64,000 nt of DNA. Origin: a bacterium. GTDB taxonomy: Bacteria; RBG-13-61-14; DATKZS01. Positions 36,178-45,466 of this stretch are shown here, one piece after another. The position numbers were made by a program, and so were the translations under genes. Where the stretch lies: NCBI GenBank assembly GCA_963674965.2, contig CAXXFL010000005.1:800001-864000 (forward strand), written 5' to 3'. The notes beneath the pieces were generated by a model. The model was not told the origin of the DNA and made no database searches. It worked only from the letters and a program-made list of their open reading frames with translations. Numbering within the stretch: position 1 is the stretch's first letter; the number at the start of each line of letters is the position of its first letter.

Positions 36178-36944
36178 AGAAAAAGCGGATCAAACATCGC
36201 TTTTTCGTTTACCCCTCCCGCGTGGAGTTCAGTGGACGCGAGATTCCTCACGTGACCATCGACCATGACACGGCCCATCACATACGCAACGTGCTCAGGC
36301 TGCAGGCGGGCTCGATGGTTTCCATTTTCGACGGCAGCGGCCGCGAGTACGAGGCCGAGGTCACCCAAAGCAAGCCCTCCGGGGTCAAGGTCAAGGTAAG
36401 CAGGGTCACCTCCCCCGCGGTCGAGTCTCCAATAAAAATCAACCTGGCCCAGTCCCTCATCAAAGGAAACGGCTTCGACAAAATTCTGACCTCGTGCACC
36501 GAGCTTGGCTGCGCGCGCTTCACTCCTCTTTTCACCTCGCGGACCGCCGCCAGGCTGAGCAAGACGGCCGCGGCCGACAAGGTTAAAAGATGGGAAAAGA
36601 TAGCCGCCGAGGCCGCGGCCCAGTGCGGAAGGGTCAAGGTACCGGTCGTGGACATGCCCCTGGATTTCGAGGATTTCCTCGAAAAGCGAGACGAGTCCAA
36701 CGGGATCATCCTTTGGGAAAAAGGAGGCTCGGGACAACTGGCCCAAATAAGGGAGGAAACGCAAAAGAACCTGCCCTTCGTGCTTCTCGCAGGGCCGGAG
36801 GGGGGCTTCTCCCAGGCCGAGGTCAAAATGGCCATGGACGCGGGTTTCCACATCTGGGGACTGGGACCGAGAAAACTCCGGGCGGAAACGGCCGGGGCCA
36901 CCGCCATCAGCGTTCTTCAATTTATTCTGGGAGATATGGGGTGA
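36150..36944 (+). CDS. rsmE: 16S rRNA m3U1498 methyltransferase
   Basis: HHIRNVLRL, TELG, AAAQCGR, GPEGGFS and LGPRKLRAETA. Confidence 0.95.
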   Translation: MDGNPGRTIKKKRIKHRFFVYPSRVEFSGREIPHVTIDHDTAHHIRNVLRLQAGSMVSIFDGSGREYEAEVTQSKPSGVKVKVSRVTSPAVESPIKINLAQSLIKGNGFDKILTSCTELGCARFTPLFTSRTAARLSKTAAADKVKRWEKIAAEAAAQCGRVKVPVVDMPLDFEDFLEKRDESNGIILWEKGGSGQLAQIREETQKNLPFVLLAGPEGGFSQAEVKMAMDAGFHIWGLGPRKLRAETAGATAISVLQFILGDMG

Positions 36945-37013
36945 GCGACGGGGCTTGAACCCGCGACAACCGAGGCCACAACCCGGTGCTCTACCAACTG
37001 AGCTACGCCCACC
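36937..37013 (-). tRNA. tRNA-His(GTG) with G-1 and encoded CCA
   Basis: On the - strand: G-GTGGGCG TAGCTCAGTTGGTAGAGC ACCGGG TTGTGGC CTCGG...GGTTCAAGCCC...CGCTCAC C CCA. Confidence 0.97.
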
Positions 37014-37027
37014 ACGGATAGAAAATA

Positions 37028-37055
37028 GGGACGAGCCATGGCCCGTCCTTTTTTT
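37028..37055 (+). terminator. Terminator hairpin for trxB-prmA-rsmE, located beyond the tRNA-His gene
   Basis: GGACGAGCC-AT-GGCCCGTCC followed by T7. Confidence 0.6.
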
Positions 37056-37083
37056 ATTATAGCCGGCTTTTCGGCGGCGTCAA
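37056..37083 (-). promoter_or_regulatory. Sigma70 promoter of tRNA-His
   Basis: TTGACG-N16-TATAAT on the - strand. Confidence 0.7.
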
Positions 37084-39818
37084 TTCCGGGAAACCCCGCC
37101 CCGCCCAAAAGCCTTGGCCGCGAAGAGAAAGAGGATGAAAAGGACGCCGAACAGGTGGTTCCATATACCCACTCGAAATCCCGGCGGCTCGTAGGACAGT
37201 CGGTAGCCGTGTTCTCCCTTTTGAATTTCGACTCCCTTCAGAAGGTCGGCCACCTTGTAAATCTTTATCTCTTTCCCATCCCGAAACGCTCGCCAGCCGG
37301 GGAAATAAAGGTCCGATATTATGGCGAAGCCTTCACCCTCGGAAGAAGCGTGAAAGGTCAGCCCGTCGTGTTCGACCCGGACGCCTTGGACCAAGACCTC
37401 GGCCATATCTCCAGGCTTGGCTCCCGGGACTTTAAAGGTCCCGCTCGTCATGTCGTCAGCGTCCCGGCCGAAGTCCCCTGCGCGGGGCTTTTGATCCACG
37501 ATCTTTTTGGCGCCGAACACCCTGGGCTGAAATGATGGGACCTCCCTTATCTGAAAATCCCCGTCATGGATGGGGTCCGGGTAAACTCCGGCGTTCTTGG
37601 GAGGAACGGTTGGAAGGCTCCAGACCCCGAAGTCGCAGGTCACGTCGTCGCGAGGTCCGGGCAAGGATGACAGGAGAAGGTCCCCGCCCCCGGGAGCAAG
37701 TTTAAGAGGTATCCAGCGCTTGTCCCGGTCCGCTCGAATGAGCCGGGCAAAGGCGAGGGATTCTCGGCCGTCCTTTGTCCGGACGGCGCCCAGCATGACC
37801 CCGTCGGCCCCCTCGCAGGTGGACGCTCGCTCGATAACGCCCGCCTCCATGAAAATCTTCCCGCCCGCCGAGCAGGGCAAAGCCGCCTCGATGAGGGCGG
37901 GAGCGTGTTCGATGACTCCCTTTCTGGCGACCCCGCGAAGAGCAATCTCGGCGAAGGAGATCATGCCCGGAGCGCCCGTCAGCGCCCGTGTTTTTTGGGG
38001 GTCCAAATCCATCGGCCTGGAGCCCGGCTCTCCGTACGAAAGAACGTAGCGGACGTTTAGAAGGCCAAGCAGGGAAGGATTGATTTTGTCGAAGTCGAGG
38101 TCGAAATAGAACTTCCCGTCGGCGAGGAAATGGTTCATGGTTTCCTCTCCGGACTCGCATCCGTTGGCGCCCGCCATCATGAGGGCATATTCATCGACGT
38201 AGAGCGGGTTGTAATCTCGAAGGTCCATGAGTCCCCACAGTCCCGCCAGGTTGGGATGGAGCGCCCTCTGGTCCGCCCCCCAAATCCTGAAGGGACCATC
38301 GCCGCCTCGAGACTGGATGAGTTTGACCTCGGGAGAGGCCTCGAGCTTGAATGCCTCAGGCCCGAAAACGGGAACGGCTATGGCGAAGTACCCCGCCAGC
38401 TCGAGTCCCGTGACGAGTACAAGGGATGGGCCGAGAGCCATGGTCCATGACGCTCCCCTCTTTCTCGCCAAATAAACAAGCAAGGCAAATATAAAATAGC
38501 CGAAAAATATGGCGGCAAGTCCGATCGCGGCAAGGGAAGTCGCCATTACCTGGCTTCGAAAAATAAAGGCGTGTACCCCGGTCCAGGCCAGGACGAAAAG
38601 AGCGATCTTGGCGCCAAGCCGCCTTTTTCCCGGAAGCTTTATGGCCAGGTCCAGACCCATGCCCGCCAGCATGCAGACAAAGAAGGCCACAAAAGGCTGA
38701 ATGTAGCGGAAGTTCTGGAAATACCTTATCAAGGGAAAATCGAGAAGAAGGTTGAAAGGCGGCGCGGAGAAAAGCATTCCCGCCGTGACCAGGGCCCCGG
38801 CGGCGTGGAAAAGACCGTCCCTCGAGAGCCTTTTAGGAGCGCTGAGACCGACCAGGGCCAGGGTAAAAACCGGAACTCCCCAATAAGCCGGGACCAGGGT
38901 AAGCTGTTCCATGTTCTCGAAGGACAAGGTCGGCGCGTTGAAAATCCAGTAGTCGAAAAGTGGCGTGACCAGGCCAATGGCCGAGGAAATGGGAACGTGC
39001 AGCCGACCCAGTCCCTCGGGATGAAAGTGCCAGGCCCGGGCGTAGAACTCCGCGAATTGCCACATGCCGCTGCAGGAGAGAAAAAAGGCGTACGCCGTTA
39101 GCGAGCCGAGAAGTAGAAGCCTTCCAAGCGCCCATTTAAGGCCTCGGCCTTTGTCCGACATTCCCGCCGACGCGAGATAAACGGCGTAGAACATGACGAT
39201 AAAGCACATAAACGCCGTGGACTCAGGGCTGTTGTCCATCACGTGTCCCGTCAGAATGTAGCCGGCCGAGTTGGCCAGGGTGGCCTTCCTGAAAAGCCGC
39301 CGCTCGAGAAGAAGGAGCAAGGGAAAGAGGTTGAGAACGTTCACGTCCGGCAGGTTATGGAATTCCCGGAAAAAGCCGCATAGCATGAAGCCCACCGCGC
39401 CAAAAAGGGAGCCGAAAAAGGAAATCTTGCCGTCGCGAGCGAAGAGAAAAAATAACAGCCCGGCCAGAAAAAGCCTGGAAAGAAAATAAAGCTCCCAGCC
39501 CCAGTTCGAATTTATAATATAGGCCATTATCCTGAGCGGATAATCCACCGTGCCGAAGGTGGGCGCCACGTGTGGCGCTCCAAGGCCGCGCGTGTGGTCC
39601 CAAAGGGGGAAACGACCCGACTGGAAAGCGTCGATGGCGAACTGGTCGCCGGTATAAAAGCTGTATACGGCAACGGGGTCCCAGATAACCTGCCGGGCCA
39701 GCCCCTGTCCGTGAACGTAATGGATAAAGGTGGCCAGGAAAAGAAAAAGCGCGAGCAACGCCGCCGCGGCCGCGGTTTCCCTGAGGCTCAGTCCTTCCTT
39801 GGTGGGCGAGGTGGGCAT
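37080..39818 (-). CDS. YfhO-like multi-TM GT-C glycosyltransferase
   Basis: GRFPLWD...G.P, many TM helices, LLNVRYV, and C-terminal SDLYFPGWRA..DG...YEPPGF..G. Confidence 0.78.
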   Translation of the reverse strand: MPTSPTKEGLSLRETAAAAALLALFLFLATFIHYVHGQGLARQVIWDPVAVYSFYTGDQFAIDAFQSGRFPLWDHTRGLGAPHVAPTFGTVDYPLRIMAYIINSNWGWELYFLSRLFLAGLLFFLFARDGKISFFGSLFGAVGFMLCGFFREFHNLPDVNVLNLFPLLLLLERRLFRKATLANSAGYILTGHVMDNSPESTAFMCFIVMFYAVYLASAGMSDKGRGLKWALGRLLLLGSLTAYAFFLSCSGMWQFAEFYARAWHFHPEGLGRLHVPISSAIGLVTPLFDYWIFNAPTLSFENMEQLTLVPAYWGVPVFTLALVGLSAPKRLSRDGLFHAAGALVTAGMLFSAPPFNLLLDFPLIRYFQNFRYIQPFVAFFVCMLAGMGLDLAIKLPGKRRLGAKIALFVLAWTGVHAFIFRSQVMATSLAAIGLAAIFFGYFIFALLVYLARKRGASWTMALGPSLVLVTGLELAGYFAIAVPVFGPEAFKLEASPEVKLIQSRGGDGPFRIWGADQRALHPNLAGLWGLMDLRDYNPLYVDEYALMMAGANGCESGEETMNHFLADGKFYFDLDFDKINPSLLGLLNVRYVLSYGEPGSRPMDLDPQKTRALTGAPGMISFAEIALRGVARKGVIEHAPALIEAALPCSAGGKIFMEAGVIERASTCEGADGVMLGAVRTKDGRESLAFARLIRADRDKRWIPLKLAPGGGDLLLSSLPGPRDDVTCDFGVWSLPTVPPKNAGVYPDPIHDGDFQIREVPSFQPRVFGAKKIVDQKPRAGDFGRDADDMTSGTFKVPGAKPGDMAEVLVQGVRVEHDGLTFHASSEGEGFAIISDLYFPGWRAFRDGKEIKIYKVADLLKGVEIQKGEHGYRLSYEPPGFRVGIWNHLFGVLFILFLFAAKAFGRGGVSRN

Positions 39819-39860
39819 ATCCTTAAACGACCGATTCCGCGCGGCTTTTGTTCCGGTGGG

Positions 39861-40736
39861 TCATTTCACGATTACCCCGGCCGATGAGAGGGCCTTCTCG
39901 AGCGCCGCCAGGGCGGGCGACTCCATCGGCAGCTCGGTAAGAGGACGTCCTTCCGCGTCGAACCGGGCCACCATTTCATCCTGGGGCAGGGTCCCGAGGA
40001 TGGACGTTCCCGCCCTCTCCAATCTGTTCCTCGCGGCCTCGAGCGAGGATGAAGGCTTATTGAAAAGAACTCCCAACGGCTCGATCGAACAAACGCTTCT
40101 CAAGGCGTCACCGATGGCCAGGGCCGCCTCAGCTCCTCGCAGGGAGGCGTCGGTCACGATAATGGGACAATCCACCCGCCGCGTCACCTGCCGCGTCACC
40201 TGCTCGATGCCCGCCTCCGCGTCTATCACGATGTAGTCGAAACCTTGAGACAACTCCTCGATGGCCGCCCGAAGAAGGGAGTTGACCGGGCAAAAGCATC
40301 CGGGACCCTCCGCCCTTCCCATGACCATGACCGCGTAATCGGGAAGCTCGAGAAGGGATTCCATGACCAGGTAGTCTATGGACATGGAAAGCCTTTCCTT
40401 GTCCGAGTCGCTTTGGGCCGAGCGCGCGCCCCGGATGACTTCGTCTCGAACCTCGCCGATGGTGCGGGGAGACCCGAGCCCGAGAGCGAAGACCAGGCCC
40501 ATGGCCGGATCGGCGTCGATAAGGAGCGTCTTGATACCGGCTTTTCCCGCCAGGATTCTGGCGGTCATGGCGCTGCACGCGGTCTTGCCCACGCCTCCCT
40601 TTCCGAGAAAGGCGATCACCCGGGCCCGGTCATGGCCGGCGCCGATTTCACTTTTCAGTTCCAAAATGTTGCCTTGCGACGAGAATTTCGCATGACGGTC
40701 GATTTTCATTATTCTTCCGGCCAAGCGCGTTGTCAA
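39861..40736 (-). CDS. CooC/AcsF-like nickel-insertion ATPase (start uncertain)
   Basis: Deviant Walker [23 protein letters not shown] metal-binding CxC and DAEAGIE. Confidence 0.85.
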   Translation of the reverse strand: MTTRLAGRIMKIDRHAKFSSQGNILELKSEIGAGHDRARVIAFLGKGGVGKTACSAMTARILAGKAGIKTLLIDADPAMGLVFALGLGSPRTIGEVRDEVIRGARSAQSDSDKERLSMSIDYLVMESLLELPDYAVMVMGRAEGPGCFCPVNSLLRAAIEELSQGFDYIVIDAEAGIEQVTRQVTRRVDCPIIVTDASLRGAEAALAIGDALRSVCSIEPLGVLFNKPSSSLEAARNRLERAGTSILGTLPQDEMVARFDAEGRPLTELPMESPALAALEKALSSAGVIVK

Positions 40737-40924
40737 TTAGGTCTTCATTACAAATTAAAAAACGTCTTGAAACCGATAGGCAATTCTGGCATCATAATGT
40801 GTTAAACGCCGAGCCGATCATAAAGATCGAAAATCGGAGATTGGTAAAACGGTTTTGCTTTAGGCATGAAAAATATTGGCTGGAAGCGAATAAATACAAC
40901 AAGCAGGCAGAAAGGAGCGGGCAG

Positions 40925-41251
40925 ATGGGCGGTAATCTTATTGAATTCACTAACGATAATTTCGAGGCCGAGGCCCTTCAATCGGACAAGCCGGTACTGG
41001 TGGACTTTTGGGCCGAATGGTGCGGTCCGTGCCGCATGGTGGGACCCACGGTCGAGGAACTGGCCGAGGAGTACGCGGGCAAGGTCAAGGTGGGCAAACT
41101 CAACGTGGACAACGCCCGTGAGGTTGCGGCGAAATACGGCATTCGCAGCATTCCCACCTTGATGATTTTCAAGGGTGGCCAGGTGGCCGACACGGTAATC
41201 GGGGCCCAGCCCAAGGATTCCCTGAAGGCGTTCCTGGATAAAAACCTTTAA
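40925..41251 (+). CDS. trxA: Thioredoxin
   Basis: [11 protein letters not shown] and GIRSIPTL. Confidence 0.96.
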   Translation: MGGNLIEFTNDNFEAEALQSDKPVLVDFWAEWCGPCRMVGPTVEELAEEYAGKVKVGKLNVDNAREVAAKYGIRSIPTLMIFKGGQVADTVIGAQPKDSLKAFLDKNL

Positions 41252-41419
41252 TATTTCTGAGGTTCACTGACATATTAGAGGAAACGGGCTATTGACCTTA
41301 CGCGCCCGGCTGGGGACCAGCCAAGCCGGGCGCGGACTTTTTTCCCTTTCGTGTTATAATTTCCATTCTTTGGCGCCACAAGGCGCCGGCATTTTTTCTT
41401 GTACCAAATAGGAGGAGAT

Positions 41420-41842
41420 ATGGCTATCGAGCGCACTTTGGGGATTATCAAACCGGACGCGGTCGCCGCCGGGACCGCCGGAAAAATCCTCGCCATGTAC
41501 CAGGAGGCCGGACTTAAGGTCGTGGCCATGAAGATGATTTACCAGACCAAGTCCCAGGCGGGCGGGTTTTATATCGTTCACAAGGAAAGGCCCTTTTACG
41601 GCGAGCTTTGCGATTTCATGAGCTCGGGTCCTTGCATCCCCGTCGTGCTGGAGGGCGAGAACGCCATCGAGGCCAACCGCAAGCTCATGGGCGCGACCAA
41701 CTCGAAGGAGGCCGCGAAGGGGACCATCCGCAACCTCTACGGCACGAACCTCCAGAACAACGCCGTTCACGGCAGCGACGGCCCCGAAAGCGCGGCCTTC
41801 GAGATCGGCTATTATTTCTCCGCTCTCGAGATAGTCGGCTGA
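41420..41842 (+). CDS. ndk: Nucleoside diphosphate kinase
   Basis: [20 protein letters not shown] and [15 protein letters not shown]. Confidence 0.97.
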   Translation: MAIERTLGIIKPDAVAAGTAGKILAMYQEAGLKVVAMKMIYQTKSQAGGFYIVHKERPFYGELCDFMSSGPCIPVVLEGENAIEANRKLMGATNSKEAAKGTIRNLYGTNLQNNAVHGSDGPESAAFEIGYYFSALEIVG

Positions 41843-41870
41843 AACGGGGGACTGGAAGGCCCCGTCCGTC

Positions 41871-42893
41871 ATGGCTTATGTCCTCGATCTTTCGCCCTCC
41901 CAGCTCGAGGCGTGGGTAAGGGAACGGGGATTCCCCAAATTCAGGACCGACCAGATACTCGACTGGATCTATAAGAAAAACGAGAACGACCCCCAGCGCA
42001 TGTCCAACCTGCCGGCCGGGCTCCGGCAAGAGTTGGCGCTTAACATGGGGCCGCCTCCCGCGCGGGAAAAGGACCGAGCCTCCTCATCGGACGGAGCCGT
42101 GAAAATCCTGCACGAGCTTCGCGGCGGGGCCCTGGTCGAAAGCGTTTACATGCCCGAAAAAGACAGGGCGTCCCTTTGCGTTTCCACCCAGTCGGGATGC
42201 AGGATGGCCTGCCGCTTCTGCGCCACCGGCGCCGTAGGCTTCACCAGGGACCTTTCGCCCTCGGAGATCGTGGGCCAGGTCCTGGCCGCCAGGGCCATGG
42301 ACCCGAGGATAAACTCCATCGTTCTCATGGGCATGGGTGAGCCGCTGGACAACCTGGAAAACGTCTTAGCCGCGCTCGAGATACTCGCCGATCCCCGCGC
42401 CCTGTCCTTCCCCGCGAAATCCATAGTCGTGTCCACGGTCGGGCTGCCCGAGGGCATTACGGCGCTGGCCGACTCGGGCCTTGGCGTCGGCGTGGCCTTG
42501 TCCCTCCACTCCGCCCTGGCCCCGACCAGGGAATACCTCGTGCCCGCGGCGAAAAAACACGGCCTCAATGAAATCAAAAAGGCGCTGAAAGATTATCCCT
42601 TGCCGGGCAAAGAAAAGATCACCCTCGAGATCACCCTGATCGGCGGGGTGAACGACTCGGCCGATGAGGCCATGGCCGTCGCCAAATGGGCCCATGACCT
42701 GCCCGTCAGAATCAACCTTATCCGCTTCAATCCTTCGCCTGATATAAATCTTCGGGCCCCATCCGAGGAGGCGGTGCTGGCCTATCAGGCCGCTCTCCGC
42801 GACAAGGGTTTCCTCGCCTTCATAAGACGCCCTCGAGGCCGGGACGTGATGGCCGCCTGCGGCCAGCTCCGGGCACGGGCCATGAAGGAATGA
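41871..42893 (+). CDS. rlmN: 23S rRNA m2A2503 methyltransferase
   Basis: CVSTQSGCRMACRFCATG, MGMGEPLDN, SLH and AACGQL. Confidence 0.95.
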   Translation: MAYVLDLSPSQLEAWVRERGFPKFRTDQILDWIYKKNENDPQRMSNLPAGLRQELALNMGPPPAREKDRASSSDGAVKILHELRGGALVESVYMPEKDRASLCVSTQSGCRMACRFCATGAVGFTRDLSPSEIVGQVLAARAMDPRINSIVLMGMGEPLDNLENVLAALEILADPRALSFPAKSIVVSTVGLPEGITALADSGLGVGVALSLHSALAPTREYLVPAAKKHGLNEIKKALKDYPLPGKEKITLEITLIGGVNDSADEAMAVAKWAHDLPVRINLIRFNPSPDINLRAPSEEAVLAYQAALRDKGFLAFIRRPRGRDVMAACGQLRARAMKE

Positions 42894-43063
42894 AAGTTCT
42901 CCTTTACTCTCCGCGTCGAAACAATTCCTTGACCCCGGATTGAAATCCCGAATTGAATGCTTACGTTTAAGTAAAGGCGTTCAAAGACCGCCTTGGCGTA
43001 ATTAATAAAATGGAGTTTGAGTTCGACTCCCGAGTTGAATCGAGCAAAGGGAGGTCGGGTAAG

Positions 43064-44152
43064 ATGCGATTAAAGTTATTGGTAACGATGGGAGTAATCA
43101 TGGCTATAATGTCCTGCGGAAATAACGCTGAGAAAAAAGACGCCAATTACGAGACGGCCGTTTTCGCCGGCGGCTGTTTCTGGTGCATGGAGTCTCCGTT
43201 CGAAAAGCTTGAGGGCGTCAAGGAGGTGGTCTCCGGCTACACGGGCGGTGACAAGGACAACCCCACTTACGAGGAAGTATGCTCGGGCCGGACCGGCCAT
43301 TACGAGGCCATCGAGGTCACCTACGATCCCAAGGTGATCGGCTATGAAAAACTGCTCGAGGTGTTCTGGCGGCAGATCGACCCCACCGACGGGGGAGGCC
43401 AGTTCGTGGACAGGGGAAGCCAGTATAAGTCCGCCGTCTTTTACAAGGACGACGGGCAAAAAGCCAAGGCCGAGGCCTCCAAAAAAGCGCTTGACGAGTC
43501 GGGCCTGTTCTCGAAGCCGGTGGTGACCGAGATATTGCCGGCCAGGGAGTTTTTTCCCGCCGAGGATTACCATCAGGGCTATTACAAGAAAAGCCCCGTC
43601 CGCTACCGGATGTACAGGTCCGGCTCCGGCCGGGACCTCTTCCTGGACAAGACCTGGAGCGGTCCTCAGTGCCCCCTCAAAATTCCACCGGCCGACAAAC
43701 AAGCGGCCGAATATAAAAAGCCGGGCGACGAGGAGCTCAAGAAAACCTTAACCCCCCTTCAGTACAAGGTGGCCCGCCAAAACGCGACGGAGACGCCCTT
43801 CCAAAACGAGTACTGGGACAATAAAAAACCCGGCATCTACGTGGACGTGGTCTCGGGCGAGCCTCTTTTCAGCTCGTCGGACAAGTTCGACTCGGGCACG
43901 GGCTGGCCCAGTTTTATAAAGCCCCTGGCCGCGGACAACGTGGTGGAAAAGGAAGATAAAAGCATGTTCATGGAGAGGACCGAGGTCAGAAGCAAGCACG
44001 GGGACTCCCACCTGGGCCACGTTTTCGACGATGGTCCCGGCCCGACGGGCCAAAGGTACTGCATCAACTCGGCCTCCTTGCGGTTCATCCCCCTCGAGGA
44101 CATGGAAAAGGAGGGTTACGGCCAGTACATAAAGTACGTCGAGAAAAAGTAG
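43064..44152 (+). CDS. msrAB: Peptide methionine sulfoxide reductase MsrA/MsrB fusion, lipoprotein
   Basis: Lipobox-like IMSC; GGCFWC and AEDYHQ (MsrA); [15 protein letters not shown] and RYCINS (MsrB). Confidence 0.95.
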   Translation: MRLKLLVTMGVIMAIMSCGNNAEKKDANYETAVFAGGCFWCMESPFEKLEGVKEVVSGYTGGDKDNPTYEEVCSGRTGHYEAIEVTYDPKVIGYEKLLEVFWRQIDPTDGGGQFVDRGSQYKSAVFYKDDGQKAKAEASKKALDESGLFSKPVVTEILPAREFFPAEDYHQGYYKKSPVRYRMYRSGSGRDLFLDKTWSGPQCPLKIPPADKQAAEYKKPGDEELKKTLTPLQYKVARQNATETPFQNEYWDNKKPGIYVDVVSGEPLFSSSDKFDSGTGWPSFIKPLAADNVVEKEDKSMFMERTEVRSKHGDSHLGHVFDDGPGPTGQRYCINSASLRFIPLEDMEKEGYGQYIKYVEKK

Positions 44153-44359
44153 TCACCTATTCGCCGCGGATCGATCTGGATAAAGGCCGGCTTTCAATTT
44201 AATTGATTGTTCCGCGTTATCTGTATTGTTTCTCAATATCGGCAATGGGTCATATGGACAAGTGGACCTTAATAATATAAACCGCGCGGCTACTCCAAGA
44301 ACCTAATAGTTATTTGACACTTACAACCGCGCGGCAAACTGGGAATCGATATCCTCACG

Positions 44360-44375
44360 CGGCACGGTTGTTGCT
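44360..44375 (+). promoter_or_regulatory. Putative sigma54 (-24/-12) promoter
   Basis: CGGCACGGTTGTTGCT with GG and GC 12 bp apart, just upstream of the GGAGG RBS and ATG 44393. Confidence 0.65.
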
Positions 44376-44392
44376 CTTGAATTACGCGGAGG

Positions 44393-44893
44393 ATGGTCAT
44401 GGATATTTTGAAAGTACTGGATCGGTTGCGTGATTTCGAGAACAAGATGCGCGACATGTACGACTGGTTCGCCGCGTGCTTCGAGGGAGAGGACCCCGAG
44501 GCGTCCATCTTTTTCAGGAAAATGGCCAAGGAGGAAAAATCCCATGCCGATATCGTTTCTTTCGAGATAAGCCTGGTGATGAAGGACAGGAGGTCGTACG
44601 CGGACATAGAATACGACGTTTCCGAGATCGACAAGGTTTGCGAATGGGCCGACTCGATCATGGAGGTCCGGCCGGGACCGACCCTGCATGAGGCGCTCAA
44701 TATCGCGGTCGAGTTCGAGCGCGACGCCCTCGAGCATCATTACCGCGCCGCCATGGAGCAATCCAATCCTCAGATGGAAAAGCTTATAAGGTCGCTTGGC
44801 AACAAGGACGTTCTCCACTACGAAAGGCTCATGGATTTCGTCAAAGCGCGGGGAGAGCGTCTTTGCAACCCGAGGATGGCCGCCTCGGGGTGA
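44393..44893 (+). CDS. Rubrerythrin/ferritin-like diiron protein
   Basis: E......Y, MAKEEKSH, ALNIAVEFE......Y and D..H. Confidence 0.75.
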   Translation: MVMDILKVLDRLRDFENKMRDMYDWFAACFEGEDPEASIFFRKMAKEEKSHADIVSFEISLVMKDRRSYADIEYDVSEIDKVCEWADSIMEVRPGPTLHEALNIAVEFERDALEHHYRAAMEQSNPQMEKLIRSLGNKDVLHYERLMDFVKARGERLCNPRMAASG

Positions 44894-44965
44894 CAGCCTT
44901 GAGGCGGACCCGTCCGCTCGAGCCGGCGTCGGCCATTCCCCGTATTGTCACGATCAGCCTCGCCT

Positions 44966-45454
44966 TTATTCCGGGATATACTCCATGGCCACCTCCGGGC
45001 AGGTGAGGGGAGACTTGTATTTGGTGCAGTTGAGGCATCCCACAAGTATCTTCTGGTAGAGCTTTTCCTTGCTGGTTTCCTTGAACCCGAAGTTCTTGAA
45101 ATATTCAGGGTAAAAGGTGAGCACCACCAGCCGGTCGGGCTCGTACAGGCTGAGAAGCTCGAGCATGTGTTTAAGAAGCGCGGCCCCTATGCCTTTTTTC
45201 TTTTCCGCGTCTTTCACGCTGAAGCTGATGATCTCGAGGCATCGGTCGGGGTGGTCGGGATTGACCAGGGGAAGGGCCTGCCAGGAGATGACGCCCTTGA
45301 TGCCGCCGTCGTCATAAACGTGGAAGCGGTCGAAGTGCATCCAGATATCCTGGAACGACCGGGGCAGGACCTCGGTGGGGTTCTCCTTGATAGTCTCGTA
45401 GATCGCGTGGACGTCGTCCAGGCGAGCGAGCCGTACTTTGGAAGGGTCGGCCAT
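44966..45454 (-). CDS. GNAT acetyltransferase, short ArgA-like
   Basis: RLARLDDV, VLPRS, LEI.S..V...GIG..L, LTF.PEYF..FGF and KI...C..C...C.E. Confidence 0.75.
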   Translation of the reverse strand: MADPSKVRLARLDDVHAIYETIKENPTEVLPRSFQDIWMHFDRFHVYDDGGIKGVISWQALPLVNPDHPDRCLEIISFSVKDAEKKKGIGAALLKHMLELLSLYEPDRLVVLTFYPEYFKNFGFKETSKEKLYQKILVGCLNCTKYKSPLTCPEVAMEYIPE

Positions 45455-45466
45455 CTTCGCGTCTCC

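Noticed and set aside
34323-44152. Selenocysteine recoding in redox genes (trxB, trxA, msrAB)
   Set aside because: All catalytic positions are ordinary Cys codons and the frames are full length.
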